Numbered from the stretch's first letter, positions 51,266 to 61,434 are shown. The stretch: 64,000 bases of DNA from Desulfatiglandales bacterium (GCA_963667015.2 CAXXJJ010000001.1:1728001-1792000), one strand, 5' to 3'. Numbers and translations: made by a program. The notes: generated by a model not told the origin, from the sequence alone.

Positions 51266-53089
51266 ATGATAACGAAACAATACTATAAAACTCTCTTCCT
51301 ATATATTGCACTGAGTTTCCTTGCTTTATTCACATTTTTAGATTTAAAAAATCATGAGTTTGTAAGTTATGATGATAACGAATTTATTGTTGAAAATGAG
51401 CATATAAGGGACGGTTTTTCCATTGACAGTCTAATATATGCCTTCACAGATGTTAACTCCGGTATCTGGCATCCAATAACTTGGTTATCACATACTTTAG
51501 ATTGTCAGCTTTATGGCATAAATCCGATTGGACATCATTGGAATAATCTTATCTTTCATCTAGTAAATTCCCTTCTTCTTTTTTTTATCCTGCATAGGAT
51601 GACCGGGGCTTTATATAGAAGTTTTTTTGTTGCATTATTATTTTCTGCTCATCCGATCCAGGTGGAATCTGTTGCCTGGGTTGCAGAGCGTAAAAATGTC
51701 CTGAGTACATTATTTTATCTGCTTTGCATCTTATCCTATATCCGATATGTAAAAGATGAAAAAAACAGCAGGTATATAATAGTTATTCTGTTTTATATCC
51801 TTGGTTTAATGTCAAAGCCTATGATGGTGACTATGCCGGTCATTTTGCTTCTACTGGATTTCTGGCCTTTAGAACGTTTAAAGGTATCTATCAATACTGG
51901 AGGAGAACAATCTTCAAGAAGTGTAAAGCGTTTTATAATAGAAAAAATACCTTTTTTGATAATTGCTGTCATTTTCAGCATCATTAGCTGGAAATCACAA
52001 TATGTTTCCGGAGCTATGACGGACCTCGAAACTATCTCCCTTCAGGCAAGGATTGAGCTTTCTCTGGTCTCCTATATCAAATACCTTTATAACTTAATAT
52101 GGCCGACCAGGCTTGCATTTTTCTATCCATATACCGGCAATATGTCCCTATGGAAAACATTGGGTGCTTTTTCCCTTTTATTACTGTTTTCTGCGTGCAG
52201 CATTGATTGTGTTAAAAATAAAAAGCATATACTCTTTGGGTGGCTGTGGTTTATCATTACTATTTCCCCGGTGATTGGTATCGTTCATCTTGGGGAGCAG
52301 GCCATGGCAGACAGATATATGTATATCCCCTGTATCGGGATTTTTATTGTGGTTATTTGGGGATTATATGACCTGACAGCTCATATCGGTCGGTCTAAAT
52401 TTTTATTTATTCTATTTACTTCTTTACTCGTCATAATTTTTTCTATGGTATCAATTGTTCAGGTAAAGACTTGGCGTAATAGTTATACTCTATTCTGCCA
52501 TGCGTTACAGGTGACTTCAGGTAATTTTGTTGCTCATTCTAACTTAGGAGTATTGTTGTTGAATAGCGGCAAGACTGACGAGGCTATATACCATCTTGGA
52601 AAGGCTCTTGAGCTAAAACCACAGGAGAGGAAAAGTCATTTTGATATGGGGAGTGCACTGGCAGCCAGTAAAAGATTCAATGAAGCAAAAAAACAATATC
52701 ATTGGGTTTTAGAAAGATTTCCGAATGATATGGAAACGGTTTATTACATGGGACGTGTATGTTTTGACCTTGGTGAATATGAAAAAGCTCTTAACTATTT
52801 TATTAAATATTTACAGCATAATCCGGAACATCTTAATGTCCTGAGATACCTTGGGCATAGTTATATGAAGCTTGAAGATTTTAAAGAAGCGGAAAAATAT
52901 TATCTCTCAGCAATAAAACTGCGCCCTGATCAACCAGAGGTCCTGAATAATCTTGGAATGATCTATTATAATAAAGGGCTTCTGAAAAAAGCAGATCACC
53001 TTTTTAAGCTGGCATTGAAATATAAGCCGGACTATAGAGATGCATACCTTAATTTAAAAAATATACAGTCACTGTCAGGAAATGAATAG
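51266..53089 (+). CDS. Second TMTC-like GT-C membrane glycosyltransferase with C-terminal TPRs
   Basis: YDDNEF, WHPITWLSH, HPIQVESVAWVAERKNVLS, SKPM, ADRYMYIP; multiple TPRs (AHSNLG, VLNNLG). Confidence 0.85.
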   Translation: MITKQYYKTLFLYIALSFLALFTFLDLKNHEFVSYDDNEFIVENEHIRDGFSIDSLIYAFTDVNSGIWHPITWLSHTLDCQLYGINPIGHHWNNLIFHLVNSLLLFFILHRMTGALYRSFFVALLFSAHPIQVESVAWVAERKNVLSTLFYLLCILSYIRYVKDEKNSRYIIVILFYILGLMSKPMMVTMPVILLLLDFWPLERLKVSINTGGEQSSRSVKRFIIEKIPFLIIAVIFSIISWKSQYVSGAMTDLETISLQARIELSLVSYIKYLYNLIWPTRLAFFYPYTGNMSLWKTLGAFSLLLLFSACSIDCVKNKKHILFGWLWFIITISPVIGIVHLGEQAMADRYMYIPCIGIFIVVIWGLYDLTAHIGRSKFLFILFTSLLVIIFSMVSIVQVKTWRNSYTLFCHALQVTSGNFVAHSNLGVLLLNSGKTDEAIYHLGKALELKPQERKSHFDMGSALAASKRFNEAKKQYHWVLERFPNDMETVYYMGRVCFDLGEYEKALNYFIKYLQHNPEHLNVLRYLGHSYMKLEDFKEAEKYYLSAIKLRPDQPEVLNNLGMIYYNKGLLKKADHLFKLALKYKPDYRDAYLNLKNIQSLSGNE

Positions 53090-53090
53090 C

Positions 53091-53121
53091 CGCTGCTGAA
53101 GATGAATATTTTCCAGCAGCG
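53091..53121. terminator. Hairpin between convergent genes
   Basis: CGCTGCTG ... CAGCAGCG. Confidence 0.45.
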
Positions 53122-53129
53122 ACACGAGT

Positions 53130-53930
53130 TTAAATAAATATCTCAGGCTGTTTCGGAGTCGTAAAATTTTCAGTCAACCATTTGGATGCCTTTTTTACTC
53201 TCTCCGAATCTATATATCTTGCATCCTCCGGACATACCTTTACGCATGCGGCACACAGGATACACAGCTCGGGATCGGTTGTGTAGCTGTCATCGTCTGA
53301 TATCGCATTTGTGGGGCATACTGTTATACAGGTGCTGCACTGGGTGCAGATGTCCATGTCGGATTTGGCACTGTCAGTTGATGAAAAATTTACATCTTTA
53401 TAGGGTTTATTGCCGGGGACCTCTAAAGGTTTTTCGTCTTTCAGTTTTTTAATGGCATCCAGTTTTTTAATGATTTCTTTTCCAAAGTCTTCAGCCTTAG
53501 CGATATCATCTGCGTCAGGCCTGCCAACAGCTATAGGTGTTTCAGGGCTTGAGTATGAGTGTTCACCTATAAATGCTGCTCCTGCTACAGGAATAAAACC
53601 CTGATTTACAGCAAGATCCTTTAGCTCCAGAAGTGCATCTTCAAACTCTCTGTTGCCATAAAGGACCACTACAACAGCAGGTGTATTTTTTCCTTTAAGT
53701 TTTGAGAGCCTTTTTACCGCCTCTCCCGGCAGTCTTCCGCCGTATACCGGTGCCCCAAGAATCACAAGCTCATCACTTAATTCAGGAAGTTGTCCTGATT
53801 TTTGTTTGGCCATCGTGAGATCAATAGCCTCCTTGTTGGCTATATCCATTCCACTGACTATGGCGTTTACAATCTTTTGTGTTGTACCCGTTGGTGAAAA
53901 GTATGCTGTTACTATTTTTGAGATCTGCAT
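53130..53930 (-). CDS. Flavodoxin-ferredoxin fusion (EFR1-like)
   Basis: YFSPTGTT, PVYGGR, YGNR; CTQCSTCITVCP and CILCAACVKVCP. Confidence 0.88.
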   Translation of the reverse strand: MQISKIVTAYFSPTGTTQKIVNAIVSGMDIANKEAIDLTMAKQKSGQLPELSDELVILGAPVYGGRLPGEAVKRLSKLKGKNTPAVVVVLYGNREFEDALLELKDLAVNQGFIPVAGAAFIGEHSYSSPETPIAVGRPDADDIAKAEDFGKEIIKKLDAIKKLKDEKPLEVPGNKPYKDVNFSSTDSAKSDMDICTQCSTCITVCPTNAISDDDSYTTDPELCILCAACVKVCPEDARYIDSERVKKASKWLTENFTTPKQPEIFI

Positions 53931-53987
53931 GTTACCTCCGATAGATATATAATTGTGATTAATTAATCGAGTCAGAATATAAATAGT

Positions 53988-55196
53988 TTATATGGGAACA
54001 GAGGCCTTGTATATTGTTGCTTTACCCCTGATTGAGTATCCTGCAACCGCTGCAGGTATAAGCATTGATGTACCTTTTTGAAGCCTCTTTTTTTCTCCTG
54101 TTGATGTATCTGAAATTTCAGCGTCACCTTCTGTACACAGTATTATCTCGACACTTCTTTGTCCATCTTTTTTATATGTATCTCCAATACCTCCAAGTTC
54201 AATAACCGAAAGAATGAATTCCTTCGCAGGTGAAGGAAAAAAAGTTTCAAAGGTCTCACATGGTTTTTTCTCTATTATTTGGGGCATAACAGGTTCAAAT
54301 GAAAGAACATCCATAAGCTCTGTTTTGTCAATATGTTTTTTAGTGAGTCCTCCTCTCAGCACATTGTCTGAATTGGCCATTATTTCAAGGCCCGATCCTG
54401 AAAGATATGCATGGAGTTCACATGCCGGGAGGTATACAGCGTCACCGGGGTCAAGTTTTAAAACATTCAGGTATAGCGGTGAAAGAACACCAATGTCTCC
54501 CGGGTATTCCTGGTTGAGTTTTATTACCCATTCATATGCCGGGTTTTTCTCTTTTCCTGTGGATATAATTTCCACTGCTTTTTCCACAAGAGTATGGCTG
54601 TCAGATTCTTCCATATCCATCAGGTTTAATAAAAAGCGTTTAATACCGGTTTTATCAGGCGGGCTCTGCAAAATACCAATTCCACATCTCTCAGAAATAT
54701 CATTCAGCGGCCCAAAAAGATTTATTATTTCTTCCGGTTTTCTGAAGCCTTTTAACGCCCACATAGTGGTCAATGCGCATATAAGCTCCGGCTTATGGTT
54801 CTTATCTCTGTAATTTCTTTCAGGGTCGTCTATCGCAATGCCTCTGCTGTTTTCTTTTTCAAAACCAAGACTGGCCTGTGTTTTATTCGGGTGGGCCTGT
54901 ATGGAAAGCGGACTGGAAGCTGAAAGCACCTTGAATAAAAACGGTAATTCTCCTGAGAATTTATCTGAAGTTTTTTTACCGAGTATGTCTGCAGGGTATT
55001 TTTCAAGCAGACGATCAAGCGGGATCGTGCTGCCATTCAGAATTACCTTTGATGGAGCCTTTTTATGGGAGCCCATCCACATTTCTGCTTGAGGTTTTTT
55101 AAAAGGCGGGGCCATGCCCATCAGGTCCGGGATAAAATTTTTTGAGCCCCATGCATAATCAAGTATCTCATTTTCCAGCATATATATTCTTTGCAT
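53988..55196 (-). CDS. manA: Mannose-6-phosphate isomerase, class I
   Basis: YAWGS, AEMWMGSH, PLSIQAHP, NHKPEL, HAYLSG, MANSDNVLRGGLT. Confidence 0.96.
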   Translation of the reverse strand: MQRIYMLENEILDYAWGSKNFIPDLMGMAPPFKKPQAEMWMGSHKKAPSKVILNGSTIPLDRLLEKYPADILGKKTSDKFSGELPFLFKVLSASSPLSIQAHPNKTQASLGFEKENSRGIAIDDPERNYRDKNHKPELICALTTMWALKGFRKPEEIINLFGPLNDISERCGIGILQSPPDKTGIKRFLLNLMDMEESDSHTLVEKAVEIISTGKEKNPAYEWVIKLNQEYPGDIGVLSPLYLNVLKLDPGDAVYLPACELHAYLSGSGLEIMANSDNVLRGGLTKKHIDKTELMDVLSFEPVMPQIIEKKPCETFETFFPSPAKEFILSVIELGGIGDTYKKDGQRSVEIILCTEGDAEISDTSTGEKKRLQKGTSMLIPAAVAGYSIRGKATIYKASVPI

Positions 55197-55329
55197 CTAT
55201 AACTCCACTTGACTGATCTAATAAAAATAAATATTTTATACTGAATAATTTTATAAATAAGAATATACATAAATATAGAGATCTTACAATTGTTCTTTAT
55301 GCCAATGCAATTATTAAGAGGAGTTTATC

Positions 55330-56016
55330 ATGTTTATGCTGGCAAATGAGGAGATCTATTCCAACGGACAGATTATTTTTAATGAAAACAGCCCCGGGGA
55401 TTGGGTATATATAATTATATCCGGAAGGGTAGAAATTTATCGGTCTATTGGAGGAAAGAAATACATTCTCGGTCAACTAAAGGCAGGTGATGTTTTTGGT
55501 GAGATGGCCTTTCTGGGAAGCACCAAACGGACTGCATCGGCTGCAGCTATAGGTGAAACGGTTATTGCAGCTATTGACAGGGATACACTTGACAGTGAAT
55601 TCAACAAACTCTCGTCTGATTTCAGATTAATTCTAAGGACTCTTGTGTCAAGGTTTACGACCATGAACGGCAGGGTATCGGACATGACATCCAGGGAAGA
55701 TCAACGTATTAAAAAAACCCTTTCCCTTTCATATAAGGATCAGGAAAGCTTTGTAAGCGCCTATACCTCCAATATTGGCAAGGGGGGGCTGTTCATAAAA
55801 ACCACCAATCCCCTTCAGGAGGGAGAATCGTTTATTCTGAAACTGAAACTGCCTGGTCTCGTAGATGCTTTAAAAATAAACTGTGAAGTAGTATGGGTAA
55901 ATAAGGATGCCTCGAGGACCGATATGCCGCTTGGAATGGGGCTCAGGTTTGTTGATATGGATAAGAATGAACGCTTTTTGCTGGATAGATATATTGGGGC
56001 AATTATAGGTAAATAG
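55330..56016 (+). CDS. Cyclic-nucleotide-binding domain plus PilZ domain protein
   Basis: FGEMAF...RTASA cNMP motif; REDQR and NIGKGGLFI PilZ motifs; GMGLRF. Confidence 0.85.
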   Translation: MFMLANEEIYSNGQIIFNENSPGDWVYIIISGRVEIYRSIGGKKYILGQLKAGDVFGEMAFLGSTKRTASAAAIGETVIAAIDRDTLDSEFNKLSSDFRLILRTLVSRFTTMNGRVSDMTSREDQRIKKTLSLSYKDQESFVSAYTSNIGKGGLFIKTTNPLQEGESFILKLKLPGLVDALKINCEVVWVNKDASRTDMPLGMGLRFVDMDKNERFLLDRYIGAIIGK

Positions 56017-56167
56017 TTATTTAATTAAGTTAATATACTGTTATATGGGTTAATAGTGTTGTATTTCTGTATATTTTATTAATAGCTGCCATATCTTCTA
56101 TATCTTTTTGAAATACCGCTCAGGAATCTCTTTCAAAAAACATCATGCTTACATATACTTAATTATT

Positions 56168-56194
56168 TAATGAAATGGTTGTTCCTGCCGATTA
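56168..56194 (+). promoter_or_regulatory. Possible sigma-28 (FliA) promoter
   Basis: TAAT-15 nt-GCCGATTA versus consensus TAAA-N15-GCCGATAA. Confidence 0.35.
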
Positions 56195-56295
56195 TTTAGA
56201 TATATTATCTGGATATTTTTACCTTTTTCGTAAAATCCCAGTATAGTTGTGATAAAATAAATAAAATTACCAGGCTGAAAGGAAAAGGAAAAATC

Positions 56296-56661
56296 GTGCA
56301 AGGAATGACAACTGATGACAAACTGCTTGCTCAGGATGATATTGACGCCCTTCTTGGTGAGGCAGGCCTTGATGGCGGCTATGATACAAAGAAAGAAGTT
56401 GAGGCAGCGCCAAAGCGGAAGATCAGCAACTCAATAATCAGAAACACCAATGTAACCGATGATGAGGTGCATGAGACCATGTCTGTGCTTCTTGCAAAGG
56501 CATTGCTTGAGAGAGATGATGATGTAAAGGTTATCTGGAATGCTGGCGGTACTATTCCTATGGCTGCGGGTTTTAGTATGAATATACAGAACATGGAGTT
56601 TGAAAGCCTGGGGGTCTTAAAGGAAAATCATCTTGTGGTAAAACAAAAATGTATTGAGTAG
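56296..56661 (+). CDS. Hypothetical protein with FliM-N-like peptide
   Basis: LLAQDDIDALL near N-terminus; start GTG 56296 or ATG 56305. Confidence 0.7.
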   Translation: MQGMTTDDKLLAQDDIDALLGEAGLDGGYDTKKEVEAAPKRKISNSIIRNTNVTDDEVHETMSVLLAKALLERDDDVKVIWNAGGTIPMAAGFSMNIQNMEFESLGVLKENHLVVKQKCIE

Positions 56662-56917
56662 CAGTATGTCTGATATTGGTCTTTGACTTCCAAACTGTTC
56701 TAAATAAATTATCTCATTGCTAACTCCAGACCTGCTGACCAAAAAATAAATAAAATTAGGTTGTTATTTGAAAATTAAAAGGAACCAGATATTTACGGGA
56801 TTTTGATGCTGCATGATTTTGTTCTCATTATGGTTATGGGCCCCTGTCAAATTTCATGCATGATGGGTGCATATAGAAAAGATAGGTGGACAATCAGTCA
56901 GGAATAAAGAATTGGAT

Positions 56918-59350
56918 ATGAAGATATTAATAGCAGAGGATGATCCGGTTTCTCGCAGGCTTTTAAAAAAAGCCATTCAAACAGCTGAACATGACGTAAT
57001 TGAAGCCGAAAACGGACAGGACGCCTGGTCTTTATTCAGTCAAAACAAAGTAAACCTCCTGATCACTGACTGGCTTATGCCGGGAATGGATGGCCTGGAA
57101 TTAATCAGGAAGGTTAGAGGCCTGGATCTGGATTATTATGTCTATATTATAATGATAACCGGGAACGATAAAGAGGGGGGGGCACTGAAAGGATTTGAGG
57201 CCGGTGCGGATGATTACATCTCAAAACCTTATATACCAGAAGAGATTCTTGCAAGAATAAGAACTGGCTACAGGGTTATCGAACTTGAAGATAGATATAA
57301 AAAAATAAATCATACAATCGAACGGGTTGAGATCCTTGAGAGAGAAAAATTCATTGCTGAGGCGCAGAACGCTGCCAAAAGCGAGTTTCTAGCTAATATG
57401 AGTCATGAAATAAGGACTCCTTTAAACGGTATAATAGGTGTCACAGAACTTGCGTTGGATACAGGTCAGGACGGCAGGCAAAAGGAATTGTTGAAAACTG
57501 TGCTTGTCGAAGCTGAGTCCCTTTTAAGGCTTGTAAATGATATTCTGGATTTTTCAAAAATAGAATCCGGTAAACTGGAGCTCGAAAAATCAGGCTTTAA
57601 TATAAAGCTTATGATTGATGGTCTATATAAGGTTTTTTCTGCAACTGCAGGTAAAAAAGGTCTGATATTTAACTGTTCCATGGCAGATGATGTGCCGTCA
57701 AATCTGATTGGGGACCCGGGCCGGCTCAGGCAGGTTATAAACAATCTTCTTGGAAATGCATTGAAGTTTACGGAGCATGGGAGCATATCTCTGGATATTG
57801 ATGTGGCCGAAACTCATAGTGAATTGCTTAAGCTTCGCTTTGTAATTTCAGACACAGGTATAGGAATACCCGAAGACAGGCAGGATAAGATACTTGAAAG
57901 ATTTACTCAGGCAGACAGTTCCACAACCAGAATTTACGGCGGTTCAGGCCTGGGAACAACAATTTCAAAGCAGCTCACTGAATTGATGGGAGGCGAATTA
58001 GGGTTTACAAGCATAGAAGGCAAGGGCAGTAAATTCTGGTTCACTGCAGACTTTCTACCAGGCAGGAAGCAGGCAGACAATTTACACAATACATACAACA
58101 CTGTTGAACTCTCCGGAATGAAAATTCTTATTGCAGATAGTAACAGCAATGAAAGGGCATACCTGGCAGACAGATTAAAGTCATTGGGTTGTATTGTAAC
58201 AGAGGCGGACAATGCGGATACTCTCTATGAATCCATTGAAACATCTGAAAAATCAGGCAATCTTTGTAACCTTGTTTTGATTGATTTCAAGATTGATGGA
58301 ACCGATGGTTTTAATGTCTGTGAATGGATTAGAAAAAATGAGGGATATAGGAATACCTCAATAATTCTGCTTACCTCGGTAGGAAAGCCTGGAGATTGTC
58401 AAAACTGTAAAGAAATAGGGATAAATGGTTACCTTACCCGTCCCTTTAATGAAGATGAATTCACGGGTTTAGTAAAGCTGGTATTAGCGAGGAGCAGTCA
58501 AACAGGCGGAAAACCGGTTACGCGGTATGATGTGGCCGAAGAATACAAAAAGACATATAATATCCTTCTGGCAGAGGATTATCCGACAAATCAAAAGGTG
58601 GCTATGCAGCACCTTATCAGGGCCGGGTACTCTGTTGACCTTGCCGAAGATGGCAAAAAGGCCGTTGAAATGTATAAACTCAAACATTATGACCTGATCC
58701 TGATGGATATACAGATGCCGGAAATGGGTGGTTTTGAGGCTAATGCACAAATCAGGAGGATCGAAAATTCCAGCATAAAAAGAGATCAGGATCAGTCAGG
58801 CGTTGTTATAATTGCAATGACTGCAAACGCTATGGAAGGATATCGCGAAGAATGTATTAATGCAGGTTTTGATGACTATATTTCAAAACCCATAAGAAAG
58901 AATGAACTGCTTTCCATGATTTCTGCCTGGACTCTGAGAATTTCAGGTAATCAGGAAAAAAAGATAAATGATGAAACAAATATATTTCCTGAGAGTTCCG
59001 AAAATAAAAAAATGTCAGAGGAGCCGGTAAATCTTGGAAAGATGTTTGAAGAGTTCCAGGGAGATAAAGATTTTGTTCTTGAAGTTATTGAAGATTTTAT
59101 CAGCGATGTTGCTGGCCAGATAATTTCAATCGAAAAAGCACTGGAAGAGTGCGATTCTGAAAAAATAAGAAAGGAAGCCCATGCAGTAAAAGGAGGAGCA
59201 TTGAATATTTGTGCTGATGCCCTTGCAAATGTTGCCTATGAACTTGAAACTGCCGGCAGATCAGGAGATCTGGATAACGGATATACACGGTTCAATACCC
59301 TTAAAGATGAACTGAGCAGACTCGATAAATTTGTCAGGGATAACAGATAA
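56918..59350 (+). CDS. Cytoplasmic hybrid histidine kinase (REC-HisKA-HATPase-REC-REC-Hpt)
   Basis: [52 protein letters not shown], Hpt AHAVKGG; no TM. Confidence 0.92.
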   Translation: MKILIAEDDPVSRRLLKKAIQTAEHDVIEAENGQDAWSLFSQNKVNLLITDWLMPGMDGLELIRKVRGLDLDYYVYIIMITGNDKEGGALKGFEAGADDYISKPYIPEEILARIRTGYRVIELEDRYKKINHTIERVEILEREKFIAEAQNAAKSEFLANMSHEIRTPLNGIIGVTELALDTGQDGRQKELLKTVLVEAESLLRLVNDILDFSKIESGKLELEKSGFNIKLMIDGLYKVFSATAGKKGLIFNCSMADDVPSNLIGDPGRLRQVINNLLGNALKFTEHGSISLDIDVAETHSELLKLRFVISDTGIGIPEDRQDKILERFTQADSSTTRIYGGSGLGTTISKQLTELMGGELGFTSIEGKGSKFWFTADFLPGRKQADNLHNTYNTVELSGMKILIADSNSNERAYLADRLKSLGCIVTEADNADTLYESIETSEKSGNLCNLVLIDFKIDGTDGFNVCEWIRKNEGYRNTSIILLTSVGKPGDCQNCKEIGINGYLTRPFNEDEFTGLVKLVLARSSQTGGKPVTRYDVAEEYKKTYNILLAEDYPTNQKVAMQHLIRAGYSVDLAEDGKKAVEMYKLKHYDLILMDIQMPEMGGFEANAQIRRIENSSIKRDQDQSGVVIIAMTANAMEGYREECINAGFDDYISKPIRKNELLSMISAWTLRISGNQEKKINDETNIFPESSENKKMSEEPVNLGKMFEEFQGDKDFVLEVIEDFISDVAGQIISIEKALEECDSEKIRKEAHAVKGGALNICADALANVAYELETAGRSGDLDNGYTRFNTLKDELSRLDKFVRDNR

Positions 59351-59455
59351 ACTTTTAGGTAAATTACTTTAAATGATTTAAATGTTGGTAATGTATTTGT
59401 AATTTGTTTAAAATATAAAATTACGTTTAATCATAGAAAAATAAAGGACTGAAAC

Positions 59456-60607
59456 ATGATAGACCTTCAGGAAATGAACGTATTACTTGTAGATGATATG
59501 CCCTCCATGACCAAATTTGTCTATAAAATGATGAGAAATCTGGGTTTTGGGAAGGAGTTCTTCATGGCCCATAGCGGGAAAGAAGCCCTTAAAGTATTGA
59601 AGACCGAAAAGATAGATATTGTTTTTCTTGATTACAATATGCCGGGAATGACTGGCAACGATGTATTAAGCCACATAAGAGAAGACAGAAACCTTAGAGA
59701 GCTTCCGGTTGTAATGGTTACGGCTGAGGCATACAGTGATTTTGTGGCTGAAATAGGCGAATCGGAGGTGGATGCCTATGTATTAAAGCCTATAACCGTG
59801 CAGGTTCTTGAAGAAAAGATCAGGCAGGCAGTTGAGAGAATAAATAATCCTTCTCCCATGGATTATCATTTGAAGAAGGCAAGAGATTTTGAGGATACCG
59901 GGGATTATGAATCGGCCATTACCGAAGCCAGGCTTGCGATGGAAGCAAATCCCAATGTCACTAAACCGATGAGAGAACTCGGTTATATTTATTATAAGAA
60001 AAATGATCTTGATGAAGCAAAAAAATGGTTTGAAAAGGCCGCAGAGTTAAACAATCTGGATGTTTTGTCTTTTCACTATCTTGGCCAGATATATATCCAG
60101 CAGGATGATATCGAAAAGGCGGTTCATTATCTGGACAGGGCAATGAAGATCAGTCCGAGACATCTTGACAGAGGGATAGATTTTGCCAAGACCCTTGTCA
60201 GACTGGGGAAGAAGAAAAAGGCTATTGAGGTGTTTAACAGGGCTCTGGAATTGTCTGCCAGTACTTCAGAGCTAAAGGAAGAAATAACTGATTATTGCAT
60301 TGAAAACGATCTGACTGAATATTCGGTAAAATTACTTGAAGCACTGGTTTATGAACAGCCTAAAAGGGCCGATCTTCTATTAAAACTGGGTATTCAACTG
60401 GAGAAGATCAATGAGATAAGCCGGGCGGTTACTCATCTGACAAGGGCGAGCCAGCTGGATAATAAAAATACGGACATACGGATTCATCTTGCCAGGGATT
60501 ATCTCGCACTAAAAAAACCAATGCTTGCTGAAAGGCCTTTAAAGGAAATAATTAAAATTCAGCCTGATAATGAGACCGCAAAGGAGCTGCTCAGGCAGTG
60601 TCTATAG
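59456..60607 (+). CDS. Response regulator receiver plus TPR domain protein
   Basis: LLVDD, FLDYNMP, VMVTA, LKP; TPR helices downstream. Confidence 0.88.
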   Translation: MIDLQEMNVLLVDDMPSMTKFVYKMMRNLGFGKEFFMAHSGKEALKVLKTEKIDIVFLDYNMPGMTGNDVLSHIREDRNLRELPVVMVTAEAYSDFVAEIGESEVDAYVLKPITVQVLEEKIRQAVERINNPSPMDYHLKKARDFEDTGDYESAITEARLAMEANPNVTKPMRELGYIYYKKNDLDEAKKWFEKAAELNNLDVLSFHYLGQIYIQQDDIEKAVHYLDRAMKISPRHLDRGIDFAKTLVRLGKKKKAIEVFNRALELSASTSELKEEITDYCIENDLTEYSVKLLEALVYEQPKRADLLLKLGIQLEKINEISRAVTHLTRASQLDNKNTDIRIHLARDYLALKKPMLAERPLKEIIKIQPDNETAKELLRQCL

Positions 60608-60628
60608 AAATGCCCGTCAGGCTCTCTG

Positions 60629-61303
60629 CTACTCCTGTAAATGTTTCAGGCATTTCCATAAATTATTTACCTCTTTATCAGTGTCCTCAATGGAGCCTTC
60701 ATTTTTAATAACAAAGTCGGCATACTTAATTTTTTCATCAATCGGCATTTGAGATTCAAGTATTTTATCTGCCATTTGCCTGCTGATTCCATCCCTGTCC
60801 ATGAGTCTCCTGATCTGTATTTCAGGTGATGAGTAGATAACTATATTCTTATTAAAAAGATCATGCATGTTGCCTTCTATCAGGAGCGGTACCACTGCAA
60901 GAATAATAGCCTTCCTGTCCCTCTGAACAGAGGTTTTGACCTGCGCAATAAATTCATCCCAGATAAATGGATGAGTGAATGTTTCGAGTTTTTCTCTTTT
61001 TAAAGGATCATTAAATACGACACCTGATAATTTTTTTCTGTTTATGGTGTTATCAGGATTCAGGATATCAATTCCAAAAAAATCAGTGATAAGCTGCCAG
61101 GAGGGCTTCTCTGGCTCAACAACACTCCTTGCCAGTATATCAAAATCGATTATTGAAGCTCCATGATTTCTGAGCATCTCCGCAACAGTACTCTTGCCTG
61201 TGGCAATACCTCCGGTTAAGCCGATAAACAGCGCATCTGAGCCTGCGCGGATATCTGCAAGGGTATTGGAAATCAGTTTTTTATCCTTTGCGGACCTTTT
61301 CAT
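60629..61303 (-). CDS. coaE: Dephospho-CoA kinase
   Basis: IGLTGGIATGKSTV, THP, VPLLIE, ADFVIKN; start ATG 61303 or TTG 61315. Confidence 0.95.
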   Translation of the reverse strand: MKRSAKDKKLISNTLADIRAGSDALFIGLTGGIATGKSTVAEMLRNHGASIIDFDILARSVVEPEKPSWQLITDFFGIDILNPDNTINRKKLSGVVFNDPLKREKLETFTHPFIWDEFIAQVKTSVQRDRKAIILAVVPLLIEGNMHDLFNKNIVIYSSPEIQIRRLMDRDGISRQMADKILESQMPIDEKIKYADFVIKNEGSIEDTDKEVNNLWKCLKHLQE

Positions 61304-61375
61304 AACTTCTCTCAAAATATTATTGTCTGTAGATATTATGTATATGAAAGAAAAAAATCAAAAAATATTTTAGTA

Positions 61376-61391
61376 TGGCAGTAAATTTGCA
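61376..61391 (+). promoter_or_regulatory. Sigma-54 (-24/-12) promoter upstream of sensor kinase
   Basis: TGGCAG-TAAAT-TTGCA, correct GG-N10-GC spacing. Confidence 0.6.
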
Positions 61392-61434
61392 ATAATTATA
61401 TTTTTTTTAGGTCAAATTATTTATTGGAGACTGG

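Noticed and set aside
42414..53089. Cassette as prophage, ICE or O-antigen cluster
   Set aside because: No integrase, transposase or phage genes; no wzx/wzy/wzm/wzt or nucleotide-sugar synthesis genes inside
56017..56917. c-di-GMP or other riboswitch in spacers near the signalling genes
   Set aside because: No recognisable riboswitch consensus by eye; an Rfam scan would be needed
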